Assembly: GCA_016748015.1 (NCBI GenBank)
Contig: JAAOMT010000254.1
Coordinates: 210,532-274,531, forward strand
DNA length: 64,000 nt
Source: Geosiphon pyriformis uo1
Lineage: Eukaryota > Fungi > Glomeromycota
Direction: 5' to 3'
Below, piece after piece: positions 35,880 to 48,345 of the stretch (positions are counted from its first letter, which is position 1; every line of letters begins with the position of its first letter). A model generated the notes under the pieces. The model was not told the origin of the DNA and did not search any database. It worked only from the letters and a program-made list of their open reading frames with translations. Both the position numbers and the translations under genes were made by a program.

Positions 35880-38800
35880 TTTGGATACCAGTGCCACCCA
35901 AAACCCAAATTCCCAGAACTATTTAAGTCTCCTGGTTACTCTAAAAGATGCCACCAACACCAATTTGGGATCCAACCAACAATTAACACTTACTAGCAAT
36001 ATTCTACCAGCCACCGTCACAGAAGACAAGTTACTCACAGCCATATTTCCATTTGAAATTGAGGAACCATTAGGAGTTCCTTTGTTCAATGGAGCCACTA
36101 TTGAGAAAAAACCCATCACAGCGATGTACACCAATGCCAAAATTGATGGCCATTCCATCAAGCTCATTCTTGATAGTGGGTCAGCAGGTAGCATTATTAC
36201 ATGACAACTCATGGACCAATTAGGTTGTCGAGTTGATCATGCTGTCAGCGCCAGAATTATAACAGCTGATGGAGCAACCAAAACTCTTATTGGCGAGATT
36301 GATAATCTATCCATTGAAATCAATGGCATTACTGTATTAATCAAGATATTAATAATGGAAGCAACCCAGTACCAAGCTCTCATTGGCAATGACTAGTTGT
36401 CCAAAACCAATGCAATGCTCGACTGGAACACACAGAAACTCCAACTTAGCCAAAACGGCCAATACATGCAAGTACCAGCCATGTGTGGCCATTTCAAACC
36501 TAACAACATCATGTCATCAATGCCACTCATCGATTTAGAGAAAGAAAAAACAAAGCCTACTTGGGAGGCATACCAAGTATTGTGGACCAACACCAACCAC
36601 AACAAACTACCACCAATACTCTTGTGGAACGACAACCCCAAGGAAAAGCAAAAAGAGGAACTGATTTGGAAGACAGACAATTTGACCTGGACTGACAATA
36701 AACAGGAAGAACTATTGAGTTGGGAATGGAAAGAAGAAAAGAGAAAAGGAAAAGAGAGGGAGAAAAAAAACACTCAAGTCAACAATACTTATATCCCATA
36801 CACCTATGGTCAACAACAATCATCAACCTATCACTGACCCAAACTGATATGCATTGATTGTGGCAAGAAATTGTCATCAATGGGTGCATGCTGTAGCAAC
36901 AACAAAGAATATCAGATGGTAACCAAGTTCTATTGCTGCACATGCCACATTGAATGTTTTGGAAGACCAAAATGAGTGGGAAAATGGAATAATACACCAT
37001 GTCTAGCCTGTGGAGAAACTCTCTTTGACGAAGGAATGTGGAATGACATTCCGGAGAGAGGAGGAATGTGCGATGTTTTCTGCCAATACACAATCCTCAT
37101 CAGTGACTGGATTGAAAAAGGGACACCAATAGAAGCCGTCTGAAAAAGAGCTGTACAGCAACTAGACAGTTGTCCACATGACGATGATGAAATTTAGAGA
37201 ATGGCAATTACCAAAATAGAAGAAGCGACACCCGAAGAGATCAGAAAAATCAAAAACAACCCACCAGAACCCATCGAGCTTGACTGAAACGCAGAGCCAG
37301 TCATAAATTTCCTGAAACCAGAAGAGTTCTATGAGCACTACCAAAACTTGGCACCCACTAGAGAGGAGCAAGAACAATGGCTAGCACAGTTGAATACAAG
37401 ACTGTGTCACCATTGTTTAATTCCCAGTGACTTTGAATATTGTAACAATTGTGACCTTATTTACAATCTACCACCATGCATGATCTACATGATCTCTGAA
37501 GAAGAAAAACCAATCAGCAGCTGTGCATTGGAGTCGGAATCACCATTCAATCCCAATTCAAACTCCAACAATGATGACAACGAGAATAACAGTTCAAAAT
37601 GGCAACAACTCCAACTCAGATTCAAACCCCAATTCAAACCATGAACAATATATTGTACTTCCTGACCTCTCCAAAGAACAAGAGCTCAAATGGTTTAGTC
37701 ATAATAGTGAAAGTATCATGCCAGAACACACACATGATATGGATGCAGAGTTTGATCTAAGATATCCAGGAAAAGATGCCATCAAATTGGAACCAAATGC
37801 ATGAATATGCATTGATTTGAAAATAGCTCTAGAGATTTCAGCAACAACCATGGTTTTTTTAGCATCTAGAAGTAGTTTAGCAAAGAAAGGAATTAATATT
37901 AGAGGGGGAATAGTAGATACAGGATATACAAGAAATATCAATGTCATGCTACAAAATGACTTAGAAAAGACCTATACAATTGAGCCAAATAAAAAGATAG
38001 CACAGGCCATATTCCTGTCATTAGTCAAAATAGCCAGCTTAGTGGAAGTGAGAACAAGGGAGGAATTGGGAATAACAGCAAGAGGGATACAGGGATTTGG
38101 GTCAATGGATAGAATAGAGGTATTAGTTAATATGGTGGAGAAAGAAATTGTTGGCCAAGGAGAAATTATCTCAACCGGTTAAGCTATTTCTATTTTACCA
38201 TATAGCCAGTACATGCTAGCAATAGAAAGAAAAGAAAAGGAGCAAGAACAGATTTTTGAAGCTGAAGCAAATCTTTGTGAATCAAGAGAAATTGGACTAA
38301 TCAATCTCTACATACTAGCCAAAAGCTATAGCTGCATAAAAATTCCCATCTACAACAACACTGACAAAGTCATCAACATACCAGAAGGAACTACCATCAG
38401 ATATTTAACCACAGAAATAGAAGACCAACCACCAAACCCCATTCCAGACTTTCCACAACTTTGTGGATATGTCAACATTACATTACAAACAATTTATAAA
38501 TGAGACGAATGTTATTTGCTCCAACCAGAACAATTAAAACAAATGAACATAAAAAATCTAGACCCACTACAACATATGCAGCTCAAGATGTTACTCAACA
38601 ATTTCAATGACATCTTTGCCAGTGAAAATGAATTTGGCAGAACTGACATTATCTAATATTAAATCAAGACCGGAGATATAATGCCAATCAAACAGTGAGC
38701 ATACAGGATACTACCAGCCAGCCATGAAATTATTCATCAAGAGATTAATTGAATGCTTGAAAATGGGCTAATCCAGCCATCTATGAGCCCATAGTCATCA

Positions 38801-39943
38801 CCAGTGGTACTTGTCCATAAAAAGAATGGAAAAATCCGATTTTGTGTGGATTACAGAAAACTCAATAGTGTAACTCATGGAAACAGCTACCCGACTCCAT
38901 GAATCCAGGAATTATTCGATGCTTTTGGTGGAAACAAATGGTTCTCAACATTAGACTTGAATAGTGATTACTGGCAAATAGCCATGGATCCAGCCAACAA
39001 GGAAAAGATGGCATTCACTACTAGAAAAGAGAATTTCGAATTTGAAGTAATGCCTTTTGGCTTAACCAATACCCCAGCCACTTTCCAATGGCTAATGGAA
39101 ATTGTTTATACTGGCTTATTGTGGAAATCAGTAGTTGTATACTTGGATGACACCAATGTATTCTCAAAAACATTTGATGATTATCTTCATCATCTTCAAT
39201 AAGTGTTTGAAAGGCTAAGAAGAGCAGAACTAAAGTTAAATACAACAAAATGCTTCTTCGGCAAGACAGAATTAAAATTCTTGGGACACATAGTCAGCAA
39301 AGACAGCATCAAAACGGATCCAAAGAAAATAGAGATAGTAAAGAACTTTCCAGTACCAACCAATATGACTGAATTGAAATCATTTTTGGGATTTGCAAGC
39401 TATTATCGATGCTTTATAAAGAACTTTTCCAAGATAGTGCAACCACTCAACCAACTGCAAACCAAGAATACAAAATATGAATAGACAGAAAGTTAACAAG
39501 AAGCTTTTGATATTCTGAGAAGAAAGCTCATTCAAGCTCCAGTACTGATCTATTCAGATCACAGCAAACCATTCATTATCACCACTAATGTATTCAGCCA
39601 AGCATTGGAAGCAGTACTATTTCAGAGAGAATCAGATAGCAGAGAACATCCAGTAGCATATGCCAGCAGAGGTTTAACACCAGCCAAAAAGAACTATAGA
39701 ACACTGGAACAAGAACACTTAGCAATATACTGGGCAGTCATGAAATGGAAAGAATATTTGAGCCAGAAGTTTGAAGTATACACAGATCACAAAGAATTAA
39801 CATCACTTCAAAAACAAGAATTTGGAGATGGAAGACAGTCAAAATAGAAAATGGCACTCGCACCATATAATTATACTATACATTATAAAAAGAGAAAAAA
39901 CAATGGAAATGCTGACAGTTTGTCATGAATGAAACAAATCTAA
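35880..39943 (+). pseudogene. pol: Pol of B: protease, Cys-rich domain, dUTPase, RT, RNase H
   Basis: LILDSGSAGS; FCVDYRKLN; MPFGLTN; YLDD; FLGHIVS; VAYASR; YTDH; ends ADSLS*MKQI-TAA. Confidence 0.92.
37680..38110 (+). pseudogene. dut: dUTPase domain within B pol
   Basis: DAEFDLRYP, SRSSLAKKG, GGIVDTGY, KIAQAI, RGIQGFGS. Confidence 0.92.
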
Positions 39944-40005
39944 GAACATTTCAACCCAAAAATATAACAAAACCAAAACAATACCAATGAAAAATATAAC
40001 AAAAG

Positions 40006-41383
40006 ATGAACATACAAAAATATCAACAACTGCTACATTATATAAACACTCAATAGTTCAAGGAGAATTTATCTCAAACAGAATGAAAGAGTATCAAACA
40101 ACAATCAAAATATTTTATCACTCACCAAAATATACTTTATCAAAAAAATAGAAGAGATCTAAAGCAACCAACCAGAGTAATTACAGAGCCAGAAAAAGAG
40201 ACAATATTATTCAACATGTACTCAAATCCAATAGCAGGACACTTTCACAAAGAAGCAACCATGGAAAGAACCAGAAAAAGATACTATTGGCTATTAATGT
40301 ATCCAGACATCTTCCAATATGTTCAAAATTGTGATGTTTGTCAGCAAAGAGGAGGTATGAAACCCAGTGAACCATTAAGATCAATCAAAGTGGGACAACC
40401 ATTCAACTGTATTGGAATTAATCTAGTCAGATCATTAACAATCACCAGAGAAGGAAACAGGTACATAGCAGTAGCCATAAACTATCTTACTAAATGGCCA
40501 GAGGCGAAAGCAATTCAAAAAGCAGATGCAGAATCCATTGCCAAATTTGTTCATCAAGATTTAATTTGTCGACACGGATGTCCAAAGGAATTATTATCAG
40601 ACCAAGGAACTCATTTTGTGAACAGAACATTAACAGAATTGAGCCAAAGATTCGGAATTAAGAGACCACTATCATCACTATACCATCCACAAATCAACGG
40701 ATTAGTCAAAAGATTCAACAGAACATTGTGTAAAGCAATAGCTAAGCTCAGTCGAGAAAACCAAAACGATTGGAACATGTTGATACCAGCAGTACTATTT
40801 GCTTATCAAACAATGAAGCAAGACACTACACAAGCAACACCATTTGAATTAGTATATGGTAGAACAGCAACATTACCAGTGGAGATAGAGGTCAACACAT
40901 ATCTAACTGAACCAATAACAGAAGAGAATTTCCAAGAAACATTGTTAAGAAGAACATATGACTTAATAGAAACATTGGAAAACAAATGAAAAAGAGCAGT
41001 TGATAACATACAAAAGTCACAAAAGAAACAGAAAGAAAGACATGATAATCAACTACCAGACAAACCAGTTGAATTCAAAATTGGAGACAAAGTACTCTTA
41101 CATCGTACCAAAGTGGAAAAACAATGGAGTGGAAAATTTGACCCCAAATGGGATGAACCATTTCACATAGAAGAAATTCTAGGGAATAGAGCTTACAAAT
41201 TAAGACTGGACAACAAAATTTTAACCAAAGCAGCACATAGAGATCAACTGAAACCATACCACAACACCATACCACCATCCACCAGTAATATTCCATAATT
41301 AGGAGTACAGAGAATACTAGTCCAACCAGATCAAATTCCACGCGATCTGGAACCAATCATTATTATTAACAATAACACATTAA
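40006..41383 (+). pseudogene. Integrase of B (separate ORF)
   Basis: AGHF..CDVC, YLTKWPEA, SDQGTHF, YHPQINGL, WDEPF. Confidence 0.92.
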
Positions 41384-41507
41384 ATTGATCCATCAAAAGA
41401 ATATATAAAAACATGGTAGATGCAACAGGAAATATCAGAAAAAGAAAATTACAAACAACATTCACTTATTAGCACAACAACTCTTTCAATTGATTTAACA
41501 CCAGAAA

Positions 41508-42071
41508 ATGGAGATTACAATCAATCAACAAACCATTTGATATCAAGATACTAGAAAGACATTGCAATTCAGAACACAAAAGAAAACTGAAAATACTGTG
41601 GACAAAATTATTGCGAAAGTAAAATTAGCAATAAGAGAGTTGACAAAAGAGTCACTATATCAAGAGTTGACTAAAGAATCTTGGAATTGGTGAATACAAC
41701 AATTTCTATAAAACTATTATTACTTTTACTTGGGACAACACGTAAATATCCAGAATCTATATATGGATAAAACAAAGCGACTATTTGACAAAAGAATACT
41801 ACAACAATTAGAATATTTTGTGGGAAAGAACAACTTATCCACACAGGCCTGAGCTATATACCAAATACACACAGCATTTCAGGATAGACCAGAAATATTA
41901 CTCAACAAAGCAATAGATATGGTTACCAATAATCAATTGGGAAAGATCACCAATGCTTAATTTGAAAAATTACAAACCCAAATAACACAAGTAATTCTCA
42001 AAAATGAAATTCAGGAAATACTTCAAGAGGGGGAATTAAACAAGTTAGATTTCGACAGAGCTCAATATTAA
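41508..42071 (+). pseudogene. ORF X of B (~187 codons, point stops)
   Basis: Manual translation gives YYYFYLG...QLGKITNA*FEKLQTQITQVIL, matching A ORF X motifs. Confidence 0.65.
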
Positions 42072-42084
42072 AAGGAGGGAATAA

Positions 42085-42884
42085 TATTACTCATAGAAAT
42101 ATAGAAAATATATTAGCATGATTATTAGCGAATCAGAAGTAAATATAGTAAATATGGAATTCCAGGATTCCTCTCAAAGGAATTGCAGAATTCCAGGAAT
42201 TCCAGAATTCCTGTCATAAAGAATTGAGGAATTGAGGAATCTCAATTATGTATATATAGCAGCAGGATTAGAAGCTGAAAAGACAGACCTCTTAGTTTAG
42301 ATTTAATCTAAACAACACTCCAAATCAAAAGCATTTAATAAATAACTATTTGTTATCTTAAACCCATTTCCACTATCAACACTTCATATTGATAGTAATT
42401 GATACTTAACCACACTGGAACAATAACTCTTGATCATGGCTATTGACAGAATACTAACTTGCAAATCGCCTTGGCTTATTTTTTTTCTTTCTTTATTTTA
42501 TTTTATTTTATTTATTTTCTTGCTTTGATTTTATTGTTGTTTACTAACTCTATTGAAGATTAATGCGTAGGGCACTGATGTCAGGATAAACATGACTGGT
42601 AAAAGACCCAGAAATAAGGGTAGAACACTCGATTGAGGATAGCTTACCAGGAGGAATATCAGCCATCAAGCTAAGAAAAAAATTGATGAAACTGTGGTTT
42701 CGGAAAGCTACGGATAAAACTATTACCATTGAATCTCTGTCTATTATACAAAAAACTCAACCAAACCCTTCAGATACAAAACCTTCAAATACCAAACCTT
42801 TAGATCATTGACAACAAAAATAGCTTTAAGCACCAAGTTATGGGTTTGTATTTAATTCAACATCAGAAATTGTCATCTGTAACA
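42085..42884 (+). repeat. 3' LTR of B
   Basis: Direct repeat of the 5' LTR with fewer GAATTCC repeat units. Confidence 0.95.
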
Positions 42885-43189
42885 ATGTAACTGAAGAGCA
42901 CATCTGATACTTGATATTGAATTCTAAGAGCACTAATGTAAGGCATAGAATTATACTAAGTGTGATCATTTGTTGACAGTATGGACTATCCCTCTACCTT
43001 CAGATTTCCCAGTTACCTTTGAAAAGTATAGCGACTGAGATATTTTATAAGACTGATCTCACACATTGAATCCATACTTATTCAATTTGCTCTTTGAAGT
43101 TGAATTTCCTTTTGATTATTTCCATCACCCTACAATCCTGTTTCCCCTTGCTATTCATTAGCTTGTTATTCCAACCCATAACATAAAAG

Positions 43190-43206
43190 TGGTGCTCCCT
43201 GTGAGG
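43190..43206 (+). promoter_or_regulatory. Primer binding site of C-c
   Basis: TGGTGCTCCCTGTGAGG, 6 nt after the LTR end. Confidence 0.85.
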
Positions 43207-43235
43207 TTGTCAAAATCCACTTTGTTTCTTATTGT

Positions 43236-44786
43236 ATGGATGATTATTCATATCTGCCACAACAATCAAAAAAACACTTTAAAGCACACAACAAAAACGA
43301 TCTAAACTTTATTGAACTCAATTTTTTGCCCTTCTGCTTGATTTGCTTCTCCATTGAAAAACAATCCAGCAGACAATTCCAAAACTTTTGGAACTGGTTC
43401 CTGAATGAGCATTCAGCTGAAACCTATACAGCTTATACAACCTATTACTTTGACCAAGCTTATTTTGAAGATGACTTTGAAGAAAAAAACAACAATATCA
43501 ATCAGCTCTTATATTCTGCCACCTTTAAACAACAGCCTCTTGATTTTGAATATCTGAATCATCAAATCCACATTTGGATTGTTGCCCATCAATCAACAGA
43601 AACTTCTCTTGAAACAGAAGAAAAAAGCTATTAAACCGCCCCTGTTTTTGATCTCTTTTCAAGTGAATCAGAACACTCCACACAAACAGTTACACCTGAA
43701 CCAATGGCTCAAGACCCTCTGCAACAAAACATTCTAATTGCTCTTCAAGGTATACAGACTGCTTTAGAGCAAAGAAACAACACTCCATTATTGTTATTCA
43801 GAGGTAATGCCCAAGATCCAATTGAATAGCTAGATGATTTTGAGAGAGCTGTCACAGCAAACCAATATAATAATGAATACAAGTTCCAAATTGTTGGTGG
43901 CTACCTACAAGGCTTTTTTGCTACTTGGTTTTCACAAAAAACCAATGCCAATGCTCAGCAAAGAATCATTAGATGGGCATCAGCAAATGCTGGAAAAGAC
44001 AACATCTTTTTCACTACCTGGTTTGAAATAAAATTTAGAACTCCCATCTTAATCTCAAAATGGCATATGGAATTAGAAAAAAGAAGTCAAGGCCCTGGTG
44101 AGGTTGTGACAAAATATGCCAAAGCAATAAGAAAACTCATTAAATGGGTAGACTCTGAAAGAAATTGGACAGAAGAGCAGAAAACATATTCCTTTACAAA
44201 AGAACTAAAAACTGATCTATTATATGCTCTTTGGCCCCTCTTGGTCTTAAAAGATAATCTCACAATAGATATGGCCATTGAACTTGCTCAGAGAATAGAA
44301 GACAATCAAAAGATGCACCTAAGATCCACACTTCCAGTTTTTGCTCCTGCTCTTGTTATGACTCCTGCTCCTCAAATAGCTGCTACCTCTTTTGCTGCCC
44401 AAACTCAAGACCCCAATGAACAGTTGATAGATAGACTTACAGCAAATTTTGCTAGGCTATATGAACCATTAGCTCAAGCAGTCAGAGACAACCAGCAACC
44501 ACAAAGACCCAGATTTGAACCCAATTTTAATCAGCCCCAGCAAACCAATTATCAAAGACAACAAAATCATGGCCCACCTGTGTGCTATCACTGTAGACTA
44601 ACTGGACACTTCTCAAGAGACTGCAACAATCTTCTATTGTCTCCTCCAGTTCCTAGAAACAATAACAATCAAAATAACAGACCCAACAATAATAATGTTT
44701 CCAATTAAAGACCTAATCATGCCAACATCAATTTCTTTGGAGAGGATCCCTTAGTTGAAGCCACTGTTTATCATCCTTTAAACTAG
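43236..44786 (+). pseudogene. gag: Gag of C-c with N-terminal extension
   Basis: One frame with point stops; QDPIE*LDDFERA; CYHCRLTGHFSRDC. Confidence 0.88.
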
Positions 44787-47468
44787 TAAGCACACCTCCA
44801 AAGGGTGAGAGTGCAAGCCAACCAAAAGAAACCTTTTTTATGCTTTTAACCTAACTGATAATAATCATAATATGAATAAACTAGCAATCAACACCTCTGA
44901 ATCAACCAGAAAGAAAAAGAAAGCCAAGGTTGATTTTGTCTTGGACCCAAACAATGCATCCAAATTATCTGCTAATAATAATGAGTTACCAAAGTCTAAG
45001 GTTTTTAAAAATCCTCCAAAGTTGGAACCCTCAAAAATTGTACAAAAATCTGGATCCTATTCTGTTGTTAAAGATCTCATGGAAACCCCAGCACACATTA
45101 CATTTGGCCAACTGATGACCCATCTACAGTTCAGAAAAGACCTTTGCAAATCATTGATACTAAAGAAGAAGACACCAAAGACAAACAAATGCCCTCACCA
45201 GGCTAAACTCACTGACAACAGCAATGTTACCTTTCTCATTTGCAAAGTCCAAGTGGCTGGTTATTTCATTAATTTGATCCTGAACAGTAGATTATCTGTT
45301 AACGTCATTGTCAAACACTTTTTAGAAGCAATTGGCAGAAAGATTGATGAACCATCCACAAGACCAATAACCAATGTACAAGGTGACAAGAAAAAAGGCC
45401 TGGATATAGCCAAAGCTATTCCTGTCTAAATTAATGGCATTAGCATTGAAACTGATATGAAAGTATCTGAAGCAAAAGATTACACCATAATAGTTGGCAA
45501 TGAATGGCTTAAGAAAGCAAAAGTCTTGCTTAATTATGAACTTTGTAAACTGATCATCAGATGTGGTGAAAAACCCATTGTGGTTAAATGTCGCCATTGG
45601 ACAACTCCTCCAGTATCCAAACAAAGCCAAGAAGAAGAGCAATCAGACAAATCAGATAATGATAAAAGTAATAAAGATAAAGATCAAGAAGAACCAGAAG
45701 AAACTGCTGAACTCACTTATACCATTTTCACCAGCAACAGCAAGCCACTAGACAATGTTAAAGCTGACAAAGAAGGAATCATGGTAAATGGCAAGCTGAT
45801 CTGCTGGCCCTACTATGATATCCTCAGAAGAATCTTTGACAGAAAACCTAGTAAGAAAGCCAAATACAGTTATTGATGGCATGACCCTTGTGCACGGTGC
45901 TGGTGCAATAAACCTTTGTATTCACCAAGTGATAAATGCAAATCTTGCCTGATCTATTACAAAAATTAGGAACCAATTAGTTTGATATCTTGAGAAGAAC
46001 TTAAAAAAATACAAAAGTCCTTTGAAAATGAACCACCTGAAATTTAATTACTAGTTATAGAACAAAAAAAACCTTCACCTGAAGAAAGAAAAGTGAACAT
46101 TGAAAATCTGTTGGCTGGAAATAGCCCAGTTATCTCAAATAACGATTACACTTCTGGATGAACCCATATGATACAATACACTATCACCACCAAAGAAACT
46201 TACCCCATCTATTTGAAGCCTTATCAATCCAATCAACACAATGATGAGTTTATCAAGAAAGAGATAAACCAGATGAAAGATCTTGGATTCATACAAGAAA
46301 CCAAGAGTAAATGGGCTTTTTCAGTTGTAGTGGTATCTAAGAAAGGTGAAACTCTACACTTTTGTGTTGACTACCAACAATTAAATACCATTATTATAAG
46401 AAACATGTACCTACTCCCCAAAATTAATGTAATGCTAGATAAATTCAATGATGCTGCTTTCTTCTCAACTATTGACTTAACTGCTGGATTCTGGCAAGTA
46501 GAGATGGATCCAGAAAGCAGAAAAAAAACTATCTTTATTACCAAGTATGGCACCTATAAATTCACAGTCATGCTTTTTGGTCTCATCAATGCTCCTCTTA
46601 CCTTTCAATACTTAATGGATAAAGTGTTTGAATCAGTAAAAGAAAACTTTGTTCTGGTTTACTTGGATGACATAATGGTATATTCAAAAATCTGGGATGA
46701 ATACCTTGAACATTTACAAAAGATTTTTAACCTGTTCAGAAATGCTGGCCTTAAGATTAACCCAATCAAATCTTTCTTTGGATGCCAATTCACCCAGTTC
46801 TTTGGTTATCTTATTACAAAAGATGGAATCTTCCCTAACCCAGCTAAAGTTGAAAAAGTTCAGAACATTAGACAGCCAATGAATGTTTCTAAACTACACT
46901 CTTTTCTTGGTTTGGCCTCTTACTATCGCAAATTTATCAAAGATTTCTCCAAAATTGTCTTTCCTCTCAACCAGCTATTCAGGAAAAATGTCAATTATCA
47001 CTGAAGCACTCATCAACAAAAAGCTTTTGAATTTCTGAAGAAAAAACTTGTTATTGAACCAATTCTCAAACAACCTAATCTGGATCAACTTTTTATTTTT
47101 CACACTGATACATCTGGCTATGGACTTGGTGCTGTTCTTTTACAGAAAAATGAAAATGCCAGAGAACATACAATAGCATATGCCAGTAGATCCCTTACAC
47201 CAGCAAAAAAATCTATTCAGTTACTGAACAAGAATGTCTAGTAGTAGTTTGGGCTACTAGCTACTGAGATCAATATTTTCTTGGTGCAAAATTTTTAGTG
47301 ATAACAGATCATCAAGCCTTGGTTTGGCTGTGCAAGAAAAAGAAGCTGGAACACAAACAAATAACTCACTGGATACTTCACTTGGATGAATTTGACTATG
47401 ATATTCAACACCACAAAAGAGCAAATCATCAAAATACTGATGCTCTATCTAGACTTACCATTCAGTAA
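44777..47468 (+). pseudogene. pol: Pol of C-c: protease, short Cys region, RT, RNase H; no dUTPase
   Basis: LILNSRLS (degenerate DSG), FCVDYQQLN, DLTAGFWQ, YLDD, AYASR; ends DALSRLTIQ-TAA. Confidence 0.92.
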
Positions 47469-47607
47469 CAGTATAACCTCTTAAACCAAACCAACTTAAT
47501 TATTAGTAACTTCTTCATAAACAAACATGATAATGGACTTAAACAACTACTCTGCCTTAATGGAATTTTTGGGTAAAGGACAATATCCACTAGAATACAC
47601 TTGACAG

Positions 47608-48345
47608 TGTTACGGGTTGGAGTAACAAGCTAATGGATAGCAAGGGAGAACAGTATTGTATGGTAATGGAAATAAACAAAGAAGGAATTACAATAAGGGA
47701 GCGAATTGAATAAGTAGGAATTCAATGTGTGTGATCAGTCTCATAAAAATCACAGTCGCTAATCTTTTCTTAAATCTGAAGGTAGAGGAATAGTCCGTAA
47801 TTGTCAACAAGATAACACCGCTGCTATTATTCTATGCCTCAACTCGGTGATTCTTAGAATCAATAACAGGTATCGTTGTACTTTTCAATCATTTCTTTAT
47901 TCAATGAATTACAAGAGCAAGCCAATTGCTTCTCAGACTAATTCTAACAAATACAAATCAAGAAGGGGAAAAGATAAGGTATGTGAATGCCAACAAGTAG
48001 ATACTTGAAGGTAAGGAAAGGGGAATAAGCAATTATGAGAAGAAGTAATTGATATTGTTTATTTCGTTACTTTGATCATGTCTTTCTACAGCTAAGGGAA
48101 TCATCGCTTATATAGCTATCTAAAGTAGTCAATGACCAGGTCAATGATCAGGTTAATGATCAGGTCAATGATCAGGTCAATGATCAGGTCATTGATCAGG
48201 TCAATGATCAGGTCAATGATCAGGTCAACAGTCAGGTCATTGATCAGGTCAATGATTACTATCTAAAAATAGGGTGGCTAATTATATGACATCAGTGGCT
48301 AATACATGTGATAACTAATAAAAACTATGGGTTTCAACCATAACA
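47608..48345 (-). repeat. Isolated LTR, divergent family C variant
   Basis: C-type termini and 12-bp array (48130-48257), diverged middle; flanks unrelated, no TSD. Confidence 0.88.

Larger units (their letters stand above)
32827..42884 (+). mobile_element. Full-length Gypsy family B element (~10 kb)
   Basis: Two LTRs, PBS, PPT AAAAGGAGGGAA at ~42070-42081, 4-bp TSD ATGT at 32823-32826 / 42885-42888. Confidence 0.96.
32372..47607 (+). mobile_element. Gypsy family C copy C-c (5' LTR 32372-32826 + 42889-43183 split by element B; gag, pol, start of IN)
   Basis: LTR halves rejoin to match 61436-62127; PBS at 43190; truncated at 47607 by an inverted LTR. Confidence 0.92.

Noticed and set aside
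32372-43183. LTR shared by tandem elements C-b and C-c
   Set aside because: No PPT precedes 32372 and the C-b 3' ORF appears cut mid-frame at an ATAC site, so it is more likely an independent insertion
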